Shown: piece by piece, positions 1 to 9,483 of the stretch
How the letters are laid out: each line of letters starts with the position of its first letter
How positions within the stretch are numbered: position 1 is the first letter of the stretch
NCBI GenBank assembly: GCA_965651895.1
Contig: CBFGUY010000002.1
Coordinates: 2,411 to 66,410 of the forward strand
DNA: 64,000 nucleotides
Direction: 5' to 3'
DNA from: an uncultured Algoriphagus sp.
GTDB taxonomy: Bacteria; Bacteroidota; Bacteroidia; Cytophagales; Cyclobacteriaceae
Translations under genes and position numbers: made by a program
Notes under the pieces: generated by a model
Databases searched by the model: none
What the model was told of the DNA's origin: nothing
Seen by the model: only the letters and a program-made list of their open reading frames with translations

Positions 1-122
1 AAGAGCTGGAATCGGAGCGAAATAAGCTTTATACCAGCACAGATAAATTTAATTTCTTAAAGGAAAAACACCCTGCACTGGTTGAGTTTCAGCGAAAATT
101 TGGATTGGAGACGGACTTCTAG
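1..122 (+). CDS. 3' end of a gene entering from the left; resembles the Bacteroidota DNA polymerase III gamma/tau C-terminal domain
   Basis: Frame from position 3 reads ELESERNKLYTSTDKFNFLKEKHPALVEFQRKFGLETDF*, with TAG at 120-122 overlapping the convergent stop of the next gene. The tail matches the typical Bacteroidota DnaX end as I recall it. Confidence 0.55.
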   Translation, partial: ELESERNKLYTSTDKFNFLKEKHPALVEFQRKFGLETDF

Positions 123-1111
123 AAATCCAGGGATATCCCAAAGTTGATCAGGTTCTGTAGCTGCACGGCTTGCCTAGACGTACCGTCATCCTGCTTGATA
201 AATACCTCCTCATCATAAATCAAAACGGTTTCTATCCGGGTGGAAATAAACCTGTTGACTTTCATCCTGATTACAGAATTGAAGTTGACTACCATATTTC
301 CAAATACTTCATAGTTGGAGAATAGGTTGATGTCAGACTTCCACGTGACGTTTTTCATCAACTGTATATCTGTGACAGATGCGGCAAGAGAAACCCCGGC
401 CTCCGCACGTACGTTTTCTCCGGGAACTACCCCGAATGCGCCCGCTCTGCTTAAGGAATCATCCAGTACGATCGTAAATCGACCTGTAAATGGGGAAAGG
501 ATCACGGAGATTTTACTCTTGTCTTTGTAGGTTTTACGGTAGTTGAGACCAGTGGAGGATTGCAGATATCCCGGGGACAGCAGATCTGAAATTTTGGTCC
601 GTACTTCTACATCACTTCCCGAAGGCCTGGTGTACTTGTATCCTGCAAGGAGCTGGGTTCTGGCATCCAGCTGGGTCGATAGGTAAAAAAACTCCGAGAG
701 TTCTCTACCATAATTACTTACAAAGGTGAAATTATCATTAGTCTTCCGGGTACGGTACGCTCTGTCGTCTTGCCTGTTAAATCCCAAACTGACCGTAAGC
801 TGGGTGTCCCACACTTTGTTATCCTTTTTGTAGTTGGCAAAGAGGGTTAGACCGGAATTCAGGGCAAAAGTACTAGCCCCACCCGCAGCCCAGTTGGACA
901 GAGTGACTTGTTGGATGTTGAGGTTGTAATTTCCTCCGGTTTTCCAGAAGATCTCCTTGACCGGATCTGGTATCAACAGTGAATCACCAAGCATCAAGAG
1001 TGTGTCACCGTTGATCAATACCGTATCGGGTATATACTGCCTGTCCTGAGCCTGAGCAGTCTGGCTTAGGAAGAGTATAAATAATCCAAAAATCAGGAGA
1101 TACTTTGACAT
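119..1111 (-). CDS. DUF3078 family outer-membrane beta-barrel protein
   Basis: Signal peptide; WKTGGNYNLNIQQVTLSNWAAGG motif; C-terminal aromatic residue (ISLDF). Confidence 0.8.
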   Translation of the reverse strand: MSKYLLIFGLFILFLSQTAQAQDRQYIPDTVLINGDTLLMLGDSLLIPDPVKEIFWKTGGNYNLNIQQVTLSNWAAGGASTFALNSGLTLFANYKKDNKVWDTQLTVSLGFNRQDDRAYRTRKTNDNFTFVSNYGRELSEFFYLSTQLDARTQLLAGYKYTRPSGSDVEVRTKISDLLSPGYLQSSTGLNYRKTYKDKSKISVILSPFTGRFTIVLDDSLSRAGAFGVVPGENVRAEAGVSLAASVTDIQLMKNVTWKSDINLFSNYEVFGNMVVNFNSVIRMKVNRFISTRIETVLIYDEEVFIKQDDGTSRQAVQLQNLINFGISLDF

Positions 1112-1135
1112 TTAAAAAGCTTGGGGGATTGCGGA

Positions 1136-2722
1136 TCAGGGGCGAAAGATAACCAATTTCTGCCCAATGGATATGATGTTTTGACTACCGATGTTGTTCC
1201 AGTTTTTCAATTGATCGACTGTCACTCCGTACCTTTTGCTTATTGCGAATAGTGTTTCCCCACTGGATACGGTGTGGGTGATTTTTGACGAAGAAGCTGC
1301 CGAATTGGTAGGAGATACAGTATTTACAGCTGTTTGTTGCACTGCGGGAGTGGAAGTTGTACTCACTACCGCTTGTTTGGTAGGTGCTGGGGCAGAAAGA
1401 TTTACCCTTGGGATTTCCTCACCACGCTTTCTGTGCTCCTGGAGATTCAGAACCATGCCTGCTTTCAGGTCACTGTCTTTTCTGATCCTGTTTTTTGACT
1501 TCAAAGCAGCTAACTTTATCCCGTATTTCTGAGAAATACTCCAAAGCGTTTCGCCTGGTCTTACAATGTGTGTAGCGACTTCAGCGCTGGCTTTCTTTTT
1601 CTCAGTATAATAATATTCACCGGCTTCGATACGCTCTCCTTTGCTAAGGTCATTCAACCGTCTCAGTTTGCCTTCCCTGATACCTACGCGGTCAGAGAAC
1701 GTGCTCTGTGTGGTAGTCTGAGCTGCCTGCACGCCGTCAAGATTATTTACAGTGATCTGGTCAGGCTGGGATGCTTTGGTAGTATTGCCTGCAATCCTCG
1801 GGAACGAATTAGCTTGCTTATAAGCAGGAGATGAAGTGGTTGATGATGAATTGTTCGAAGTGGAAGGACTAGTTTCGGCGATTACAGCTTGCTGTATAGG
1901 TGCTGATCCGTCCTTGACGTAAACTACTGTGTAAACTCTGTCCCCGGGGATTTTCCCGTTTCGTGTCCATAGATTGTATTCTTCCAGCTGGCTTACAGGC
2001 ACACCGTATTTTTTTGCCAATGCAGCCAATGTGGTAGGTCCTTGGACCCGCTCTTCCATCATATACTGACCGCTGCTGGCGAATTGGACAGTCGGGATTC
2101 CAAATGCAATTTTATGAGCCAAAAACTTCTTGAAATACCAGTGGGTATTCCTGTCCACATCTACTATCCTTTTCCCGTTGTATTGCGTGCCGAAATAAGC
2201 CTTGGCTCCTCCCAGCCCCATTTGATAGGAGACCAATGCACACATCCAGTTGTCAAAGCTCCTGTTGTGTTTCTGAAGGTATAACGCAGCTCCTTTGGTA
2301 GAAGAGACTATATTCTTACGTTCATCGATTTGGTTATCTACTCTCAAGAATACTTCCTCTGCAGTGCCCTGCTTGAATTGCCAGAAACCTACAGCATTGG
2401 ATGTGGAAACGGCATCTCCGATCAGGCCACTTTCCTGGATTACCAGGTATTTCAGGTCGGTGGGTACTCCGGCATTTCTAAGTTCCCGCTCTACTATAGG
2501 CATGTAGAGGTTTACCCTTTCCTGTTTGACTTTGAAATAGGCGGGATTTCTATATTGTGCATCTACATCTAGCTGGATCTCACGTCTGGCTTGAGGGTTT
2601 ATTCTTACCACGAGGTCGGCAAATTCCAGTTCTGCGGGAACTTGCGGGATTTGGGCCAGAAGGTTATGGTGGATAAAAAATGTTAGGATGAAAATTAAGG
2701 AGAGGATACTGTTGGTCTTCAT
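1136..2722 (-). CDS. LysM-domain lytic transglycosylase (MltD-like)
   Basis: Signal peptide; SLT motifs IQESGL..AVS.SNAVGFWQF; LysM repeats (HIVRPGETLWSISQKYG, HTVSSGETLFAISKRYG). Confidence 0.9.
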   Translation of the reverse strand: MKTNSILSLIFILTFFIHHNLLAQIPQVPAELEFADLVVRINPQARREIQLDVDAQYRNPAYFKVKQERVNLYMPIVERELRNAGVPTDLKYLVIQESGLIGDAVSTSNAVGFWQFKQGTAEEVFLRVDNQIDERKNIVSSTKGAALYLQKHNRSFDNWMCALVSYQMGLGGAKAYFGTQYNGKRIVDVDRNTHWYFKKFLAHKIAFGIPTVQFASSGQYMMEERVQGPTTLAALAKKYGVPVSQLEEYNLWTRNGKIPGDRVYTVVYVKDGSAPIQQAVIAETSPSTSNNSSSTTSSPAYKQANSFPRIAGNTTKASQPDQITVNNLDGVQAAQTTTQSTFSDRVGIREGKLRRLNDLSKGERIEAGEYYYTEKKKASAEVATHIVRPGETLWSISQKYGIKLAALKSKNRIRKDSDLKAGMVLNLQEHRKRGEEIPRVNLSAPAPTKQAVVSTTSTPAVQQTAVNTVSPTNSAASSSKITHTVSSGETLFAISKRYGVTVDQLKNWNNIGSQNIISIGQKLVIFRP

Positions 2723-2789
2723 TCGAAAATAGCTTTCATCTTAGGTTTAATCATCGTTTTAGCAAAAATGATTCCCTTTTCCTTTTGTC

Positions 2790-3434
2790 TTAAATTTTTC
2801 TTGCCATCATCACCCCGTCTCGGATGGGAAGCAGGGCGTTTTCTACTCTCGGGTCTTCTTGGATCATGCGATTGAAATCCAGAATGGCCTGCGTGTCTTT
2901 GTCTATTTTCTTCCCTTTTTCCGCCAATACTTTTCCTGACCAGAGTACATTGTCAGCCAGTATAATTCCTCCTGTACTCATTTTATCAATGATAAGCTCG
3001 TAATATTTGCCATAATTGATTTTATCAGCATCGATAAATGCCATGTCGAAAGGCCCCGGCAGTTCAGGGATTATATCCAGTGCATTTCCCAGCCGGTAGT
3101 CGATCTGCCCGGCAAGCCCACTTTCATCGAAAAATCCCCTCACCATCGTTTCCAGTTCGTCATTGATGTCCAGTGTGATCAGCTTTCCTCCGGGTTTTAA
3201 TCCTCTGGCCATGCAGATTCCTGAATATCCGGTATAAGTGCCGATTTCTAGAATTGTATCCGGGTTTTGCATTTTGGTGAAGAGCTCCAGGAGTTTTCCC
3301 TGTAAATGCCCGGAAATCATTCTCGGCATCATCACTTTTGCCTGGGTTTCTCGGGTGATTTTTTGAAGCAACTCATCTTCTGTTGAAGTATGGTTTTCGC
3401 AATAGGCTAGCAGTGCGGTATCTATAAATTCCAT
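2790..3434 (-). CDS. SAM-dependent O-methyltransferase (caffeoyl-CoA OMT/YrrM-like family)
   Basis: LEIGTYTGYS SAM motif, FIDADK, ADNVLWSG. Confidence 0.9.
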   Translation of the reverse strand: MEFIDTALLAYCENHTSTEDELLQKITRETQAKVMMPRMISGHLQGKLLELFTKMQNPDTILEIGTYTGYSGICMARGLKPGGKLITLDINDELETMVRGFFDESGLAGQIDYRLGNALDIIPELPGPFDMAFIDADKINYGKYYELIIDKMSTGGIILADNVLWSGKVLAEKGKKIDKDTQAILDFNRMIQEDPRVENALLPIRDGVMMARKI

Positions 3435-3436
3435 GA

Positions 3437-4666
3437 TCAGTGGGGGGTATAGGTGAGGTAAGTCAGCATATCTGGATTGAACATCTCTTCGGCAATTTCC
3501 TGTAGTTCCAAAGCAGTGGTGTTCCGTATCTGCTGGAATATATTATCCAAAGGATCTACTTTTCCATGGTCCAGCATGCTTTTGCCATATACCAGCATAA
3601 GTGCTGAGTAGTTTTCTTCTGCCATAGCCATCTGTCCCACTGCCTGCTCTTTGGCCATGTGGAGCTGGATAGTCCCGAGTGTGGTGTTTGCCATTTTGCT
3701 CATTTCTTTGAGTACCAGGGACTGTGCTTTCTTCAGGGTTTTTCCTTCAGTACCGAAGTAAATCCCGAAAAATCCGATATCCGAAAATGGCTGATAACTG
3801 GATTCTATACTATAGACGTACCCATGCTTTTCCCGAAGCATAAGGTTAAGCCTGCTATTCATACTCGGCCCTCCCAGAATATTGTTAAGGAGATATAATT
3901 TAAAACGATTTTTGTCATAAAGGGAAAAGGCAGGTCGGCCTATGGCGCAAAGCGATTGGCTGATATCCCGTTCCTGGGTTTTTACCTTGGGGGTATAATT
4001 ACTGAAGGTATTGCGGATATATAGACTTCTTTTTGGCTGGATTTCGGAAAGGGGGCCTTCTATTCCTCTCAGTACTTTCTGAAAGGGTATATTTCCCACT
4101 ACAGAAAATATCAGTCTGGAAGTGTCCAGCCGCGTAGAAATGAAGTCAAAGAAATCCTGTTGGGTAAAGCTACCTACTGTCTGTTCAGTCCCCAGGATAT
4201 TTCGTCCAAGTGCGTGGTTTTCAAAAACCAACTCATCTAACTCATCCTGAATAGCATCCTCCGGAGAATCCCGGTACATCGCCATTTCCTCCAGAATCAC
4301 CTGGCGCTCTTTATCGATCTGTTTCTCGGGAAAAGTACTGCGGAAGGTAATGTCGAAAAGCAGTTCGGCGGCTTTGGCATAATGCTCCTTTAGCGTAGAA
4401 GCGTAGAAACATACTTTTTCTTTGGTAGTATAAGCGTTGAGTTCTCCGCCTAGTGACTCCAGGCGGTTGAGTATGTGGAATGTTTTCCTCTTTTTAGTGC
4501 CCTTGAAGGCCATATGTTCCCAGAAGTGAGCCAAACCCTCCTGCTCTTGGGTCTCATCTCTACTTCCTATATCTAATATAAATCCGCAATGAACCAGTCT
4601 GGTATGGGTAACTTCCTGATGGACAATTCTAATACCGTTACTAAGTTCTTTAATGTTTAATTCCAT
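3437..4666 (-). CDS. M16 family (insulinase-like) zinc peptidase
   Basis: HFWEHMAFKGT inverted HxxEH motif, LNAYT. ATG at 4666 (MELNIKELSNG) preferred over the ORF-track start at 4822. Confidence 0.9.
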   Translation of the reverse strand: MELNIKELSNGIRIVHQEVTHTRLVHCGFILDIGSRDETQEQEGLAHFWEHMAFKGTKKRKTFHILNRLESLGGELNAYTTKEKVCFYASTLKEHYAKAAELLFDITFRSTFPEKQIDKERQVILEEMAMYRDSPEDAIQDELDELVFENHALGRNILGTEQTVGSFTQQDFFDFISTRLDTSRLIFSVVGNIPFQKVLRGIEGPLSEIQPKRSLYIRNTFSNYTPKVKTQERDISQSLCAIGRPAFSLYDKNRFKLYLLNNILGGPSMNSRLNLMLREKHGYVYSIESSYQPFSDIGFFGIYFGTEGKTLKKAQSLVLKEMSKMANTTLGTIQLHMAKEQAVGQMAMAEENYSALMLVYGKSMLDHGKVDPLDNIFQQIRNTTALELQEIAEEMFNPDMLTYLTYTPH

Positions 4667-4965
4667 GCTATAATTTACCCTTTCGGTAATATACAAAGTA
4701 AAGCAGGAAATTGGTTCCGGATCAATTTCTAACCATATTTTCGAAACAGAATTAGTAACTTTCCATTTCAGAAATAGAATGCCGGATAGGATAAATAACA
4801 GGTAATGACAGCTAAATAACAACTAGCTATATCCACTTTTCTACCTCTTTAACAGGTGTTTAAGTAGGGTTCGGAAAACATGAGTGTCACGGCCATTTTG
4901 ATCATCCATCCAATAAACCAAAAGAAAAATGATTACTGGCATCACTGCGGCTAATCAAAAAAAAC

Positions 4966-5072
4966 AATTATAAACACATGAAATGCCCATGAGAAGAGGT
5001 TCTCACACAGGGGAATGATTATCTAGGGCATTCCATGTGGCAAATAAAAATCAAATTATAAACACATGAAAT
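4966..5072 (+). repeat. 19-bp direct repeat AATTATAAACACATGAAAT (4966-4984 and 5054-5072) duplicating the translation start of the aminopeptidase P gene
   Basis: Exact repeat read from the sequence. The first copy starts a 4-codon ORF (ATG AAA TGC CCA TGA, 4978-4992). Confidence 0.85.
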
Positions 5073-6358
5073 ACCAACCACTTTCCAGTTCACTTTATAT
5101 CAAAAACCGTGAGAAATTCTGTTACAGGCTAGCGGAAAGCAGTGTAGCAATCTTCAATTCCAATGACATCATGCCTACCAATGCTGACGGCACGATGCGC
5201 TTTCGTCAGAACAACGACTTGTTTTATCTCACAGGAATAGATCAGGAAGAGACTATTCTGCTCTTGGCTCCGGATTGCCCTAATCCCAACATGCGGGAAA
5301 TACTTTTCCTAAGAGAGACAAACGAGCATATTGCCATCTGGGAAGGTCATAAATACACTAAAGAAGAGGCAGAGGCTACCTCAGGGATAAAGAATATCCA
5401 ATGGTTAGGTAATTTTGACCAAGTGTTCAGTACCGTGATGGCGCTGAGCTGCAACATCTACCTGAATACCAATGAACATCTCCGGGCTGGAGTAGTGGTA
5501 GAAACCCAGGATGCCCGGTTCATCAAAAATTGTAAAGAAAAATTCCCTCTTCATACGTATCACCGTTCTGCTCCTATCATGCACAAGCTGAGAGGGGTAA
5601 AGGAAAAGGAAGAGATAGATCAGTTGCAAATTGCCTGCGATATCACAGAAAAGGGCTTTCGCAGAATTCTTTCTTTTGTAAAGCCAGGAGTCACTGAATA
5701 TGAGATAGAGGCCGAATACCTGCATGAATTTGTAAGAAACAGAAGTAATGGATTTGCCTACCAGCCCATCATCGCTTCTGGAGCATCTGCTTGTGTGCTT
5801 CACTACATTGAGAATCACAAAGAATGCTTTGCCGGTGAACTGCTGCTAATGGACGTGGGTGCGGAGTATGGCAATTACAATGCGGATATGACACGGACTA
5901 TACCTGTCAGCGGGAGATTCACCGAGCGACAAAGAGCAGTATATGATGCCGTGCTTCGTGTGCAAAAAGAAGCTTCACAGATTTTGAGGATAGGTACCAG
6001 TATTCAGGATTATCATAAAGAAGTGGGCTTGATCATGCAAAGTGAATTAGTAGGTCTAGGATTGATCGATCAGACAGATATCAAAAATCAGGATCCTAAT
6101 TGGCCTGCATACAAAAAATACTTTATGCATGGAACTTCCCACCACCTAGGCCTGGATGTGCATGATGTGGGTACCATGCATGGCCCTATCAAGCCAGGTA
6201 TGGTGTTCACCGTAGAACCTGGGATTTATATTCAGGAAGAAGGTCTTGGAATCAGACTGGAAAATAACATTGTCATCCAAGAAGGTAAAGGCTACTTCGA
6301 TCTGATGAGAAATATTCCTATAGAAGCTGAGGAGATCGAAGAATTGATGAATAGCTAA
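5066..6358 (+). CDS. pepP: Xaa-Pro aminopeptidase (peptidase M24B, aminopeptidase P)
   Basis: AMP_N-like N-terminus (FRQNNDLFYLTG); metal-site motifs MDVGAE..NYNADMTRT, HGTSHHLGLDVHD, TVEPGIY, GIRLE. Confidence 0.9.
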   Translation: MKYQPLSSSLYIKNREKFCYRLAESSVAIFNSNDIMPTNADGTMRFRQNNDLFYLTGIDQEETILLLAPDCPNPNMREILFLRETNEHIAIWEGHKYTKEEAEATSGIKNIQWLGNFDQVFSTVMALSCNIYLNTNEHLRAGVVVETQDARFIKNCKEKFPLHTYHRSAPIMHKLRGVKEKEEIDQLQIACDITEKGFRRILSFVKPGVTEYEIEAEYLHEFVRNRSNGFAYQPIIASGASACVLHYIENHKECFAGELLLMDVGAEYGNYNADMTRTIPVSGRFTERQRAVYDAVLRVQKEASQILRIGTSIQDYHKEVGLIMQSELVGLGLIDQTDIKNQDPNWPAYKKYFMHGTSHHLGLDVHDVGTMHGPIKPGMVFTVEPGIYIQEEGLGIRLENNIVIQEGKGYFDLMRNIPIEAEEIEELMNS

Positions 6359-6385
6359 TAAGCACCTTGTCAAATGCTCTAAATC

Positions 6386-6422
6386 AAAAAAGCTTTACCA
6401 GATGATCCGGTAAAGCTTTTTT
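6386..6422. terminator. Bidirectional intrinsic terminator
   Basis: 14-bp inverted repeat AAAAAAGCTTTACC / GGTAAAGCTTTTTT with a 9-nt loop, between convergent genes. Confidence 0.85.
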
Positions 6423-6440
6423 GTTAGGGGAATAATAATA

Positions 6441-6818
6441 TTAGTCATTTGGATATGGCACATAGACAAAGCTGGTAAAAGCTCCGTCCATCACAAACAA
6501 ACAACAGAATTCATCTGGATCTTTATATGCTTTTTGGAAGTCAGGTAGCGCTTCTTCCGAGATTAATTTTCGCTGTACAAACTCATCCACATAAGTCATG
6601 AAGTAATTCCAGTCCAGTCCTTTTTCCTCTTTCCCTACAAAAATTTTTCCTATCGGTTGCATTTCTTTGGAAATGGGGAAAATGGGATAATCAGAGAATT
6701 TTCGGGTTCTGATCTGGTAAGAAGCTTCCTTAAGCGCATCTGAGATCTTAATAAAATCACTGGTAATTGTACCCAGATATTTTCCGCTCAGTTCGGGATC
6801 GTTGAAATCTGAAATCAT
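6441..6818 (-). CDS. Conserved hypothetical protein (125 aa)
   Basis: Overlaps the rlmD stop by 4 nt (coupled) and has a globular-looking composition. No family recognised. Confidence 0.7.
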   Translation of the reverse strand: MISDFNDPELSGKYLGTITSDFIKISDALKEASYQIRTRKFSDYPIFPISKEMQPIGKIFVGKEEKGLDWNYFMTYVDEFVQRKLISEEALPDFQKAYKDPDEFCCLFVMDGAFTSFVYVPYPND

Positions 6819-8221
6819 GATTTTAAAGTTAAGAGTACGACATTTTCTACATGATATGTTTGTGGGAACATGTCCACGGGCTGTACCTTTTCCACTTTGT
6901 ATTTTTCACTTAAAAGCGCCACATCCCGGGCCTGAGTAGCAGGATTGCAGGATACATATACGATTTTTGGGGCACTCAGCCTGAGAAGCATTTGCACTAC
7001 TTTTTCATCCATTCCTGCACGTGGAGGATCCGTGATAATAAGGTCAGGAGCAGCATGATTTGCGATAAACTCATCGTTGAGCATGTCCTTCATGTCACCG
7101 GCATAAAAGAGTGTATTGTCCAGTCCGTTGATCTGGGAATTAAGTTTGGCGTCTTCTATAGCAGCTTCCACATATTCGATTCCTATTACCTGTTTGGCCT
7201 GCTTAGCTACGAAGTTGGCGATTGTGCCTGTACCAGTATAGAGATCGTAAACTACCTCATCGCCTTTTAAATCCGCAAAATCACGGGCAACTTTATACAG
7301 TTCGTAAGCTTGCTCCGAGTTGGTCTGGTAGAAGGATTTTGGGCCGATTCGGAATTTCAAGCCTTCCATTTCTTCCTCTATAAATGCCTTGCCGGCAAAA
7401 GTGATCAATTCCAAATCATGGAATGTTTCATTTCCCTTGGTATTGACTACATACAGAAGAGAGGTGATTTCGGGGAATTTTGCATTCAAGTGTCCCATCA
7501 CCTGTTGAATTCCTTCAGGATCATTTTCCCCAAACTGTACGATCACCATAGTTTGCTCTGTGCTCGTGGTTCGGATTATCAGATTCCTTAGCAGGCCAAC
7601 CTGATTTCTAATGTCGTAGAAACTCAGTTGATTTGCCAAGGCAAATTCCCTAAGTTCATTTCTGACATCATTGGAGATGCTTCCCTGAAGGTAGCAATGA
7701 TCCACATCGATTATTTTGTCAAACATCTTTGGGATATGAAAGCCCAAGGCGTTTCTGTCAAAATCCTCTCCCGAGCGGATTTGATCCAGTGTCAACCATT
7801 TCTTGTTGGAAAAAGTGAAATCAAGTTTATTTCTATAGTAGCGGGTTTTTTCTGAACCCAGTGTCGGCCAGACTTCAGGAATGTCGACTTTCGCAATCCG
7901 TTGAAACTGGTCTACCACCTGCTGGCGCTTATAGGTCTTCTGCAGGTCATAATTGATATGCTGCCATTTGCAGCCGCCGCAGGTTCCGAAATGTGAGCAA
8001 AAAGGATCGATTCTTTCTTTGGAATACTCATGGAATTTAACAGGTTCTCCCTCCATGAAAGAGCTTTTTCCCTTCGTAATCCGTACATCCACTACATCTC
8101 CGGGAGCAACTCCCGTTACAAAAACCACTTTTTCCTCATGATGTCCCAAACATTTACCCTCAGAGGCAATCCGCTCGATGAGCAGGTTGGTGATCACTTT
8201 GTTCTTCATTTTTCGCGACAT
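6815..8221 (-). CDS. rlmD: 23S rRNA (uracil-1939-C5)-methyltransferase
   Basis: TRAM domain; CSHFGTCGGCKWQH Fe-S motif; SFYQTN, DLYTGTGTI, DPPRAG, YVSCNPAT, DMFPQTYHVE. Confidence 0.92.
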   Translation of the reverse strand: MSRKMKNKVITNLLIERIASEGKCLGHHEEKVVFVTGVAPGDVVDVRITKGKSSFMEGEPVKFHEYSKERIDPFCSHFGTCGGCKWQHINYDLQKTYKRQQVVDQFQRIAKVDIPEVWPTLGSEKTRYYRNKLDFTFSNKKWLTLDQIRSGEDFDRNALGFHIPKMFDKIIDVDHCYLQGSISNDVRNELREFALANQLSFYDIRNQVGLLRNLIIRTTSTEQTMVIVQFGENDPEGIQQVMGHLNAKFPEITSLLYVVNTKGNETFHDLELITFAGKAFIEEEMEGLKFRIGPKSFYQTNSEQAYELYKVARDFADLKGDEVVYDLYTGTGTIANFVAKQAKQVIGIEYVEAAIEDAKLNSQINGLDNTLFYAGDMKDMLNDEFIANHAAPDLIITDPPRAGMDEKVVQMLLRLSAPKIVYVSCNPATQARDVALLSEKYKVEKVQPVDMFPQTYHVENVVLLTLKS

Positions 8222-8226
8222 GGGCG

Positions 8227-8234
8227 CAAAATTA
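8227..8234 (-). promoter_or_regulatory. Bacteroidota sigma-A -7 element (TAATTTTG) for rlmD
   Basis: Matches TAnnTTTG just upstream of the start codon. Confidence 0.55.
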
Positions 8235-8645
8235 GGAAAAAAAGACGAGGCAGGTCAAAGGAAGGGAGATTAGAATAAAAAAGAGTAGACGTGGGGAAAT
8301 TGTTTTCGAGGGCCATACGTAGCTTATTGAAGGCTTAATTGTTTTGTAGACATCAATTTTGGAGTGATTTGAGTGCGAAGCAATATTGTTTTCTCTTATT
8401 AAAAATGCCCATTTTTATAGTATGTAAATATATTGTGGTGAGAAATAAGAGTTTAGTGTTTTAGTTGAAGTAAGGATTATTTTCAGTGGAATTTCAAAAA
8501 TTTTCCTCATAGAAAACTTTAAAATCGAAATTTAGGTTTAACAATGGTTGAGCATAAATAGCTCGATCGAATGATGATTTAAAATCAATTGTTCTGAAGG
8601 CTTTTTTGATGTCTTAAGCTCAAATTTTGGAAATTACAAAATCAG

Positions 8646-8653
8646 TATCTTTG
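8646..8653 (+). promoter_or_regulatory. Bacteroidota sigma-A -7 element (TATCTTTG) for the SDR-helicase unit
   Basis: Matches TAnnTTTG 8 nt before the ATG at 8662. Confidence 0.55.
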
Positions 8654-8661
8654 CCCAAGCA

Positions 8662-9483
8662 ATGAAACAAGATAGTCTTAAAGATAAAGTAGTCATTATT
8701 ACCGGTGCCACTTCAGGAATAGGGGAGTCTTGTGCCAGGATATTTGGAGAGGCAGGTGCCAAGATTGTCATCACAGGCAGAAACCAAGAAAAACTAGATG
8801 TCACCAAAGCAAAATTGGAAGCTGAAGGGATTCAGATACTGGCAGTTTTGGCAGATGCTACCATAATAGCGGACAATCAAAGAATGGCCGAAACAGTCCT
8901 TGACAAGTTTGGCAAAATTGATATTCTGATCAACAATGCAGGTATTTCTATGCGGGCTCTGTTTGAGCATCTTGATTTCGAGGTTTTTCGCAAAGTGATG
9001 GATACCAATTTTTGGGGGACAGTCTATGCCACTAAATTCTGTCTGCCTTCCATTATAGAAAATAAGGGAACCGTGATAGGGATTTCGTCTATCAATGGGT
9101 TCAGAGGCACTCCTGCCAGAACTGCCTACACGGCCAGTAAATATGCCATGAACGGGTTTTTTGAATCATTACGGACTGAGGTGATGAAAAAAGGAGTACA
9201 TGTGTTGGTAGCTTGTCCGGGATTTACGGCTTCAAATATTCGCAAGAATGCACTTACGGCCCATGGTTCTTCTCAGGGAGAATCTCCCCGGGATGAATCT
9301 AAAATGATGAGCTCGGATGAAGTCGCCGAAGAGATTTTAACGGCCACTTTAAAAAGAAAGCGTGATTTGGTGCTGACCACCCAGGGTAAACTGCTGGTAT
9401 TTTTGAATAAATGGATGCCCGGCAGGTTGGATCATATTGTTTATAATCAGATGGCTAAGGAAAAAGACTCACCTTTCCATTAA
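8662..9483 (+). CDS. SDR family oxidoreductase (DHRS7B-like)
   Basis: TGATSGIG, NNAG and YTASK catalytic motifs. Confidence 0.92.
   Translation: MKQDSLKDKVVIITGATSGIGESCARIFGEAGAKIVITGRNQEKLDVTKAKLEAEGIQILAVLADATIIADNQRMAETVLDKFGKIDILINNAGISMRALFEHLDFEVFRKVMDTNFWGTVYATKFCLPSIIENKGTVIGISSINGFRGTPARTAYTASKYAMNGFFESLRTEVMKKGVHVLVACPGFTASNIRKNALTAHGSSQGESPRDESKMMSSDEVAEEILTATLKRKRDLVLTTQGKLLVFLNKWMPGRLDHIVYNQMAKEKDSPFH

Noticed and set aside
4667-4822. N-terminal extension of the M16 peptidase ORF
   Set aside because: No family similarity before MELNIKELSNG; likely an open frame through the promoter region.
4816-4932. His-rich frame ITTSYIHFSTSLTGV*VGFGKHECHGHFDHPSNKPKEK*
   Set aside because: It has an internal stop, no start codon and no family I can recognise, so it is too weak to call a pseudogene or leader peptide.
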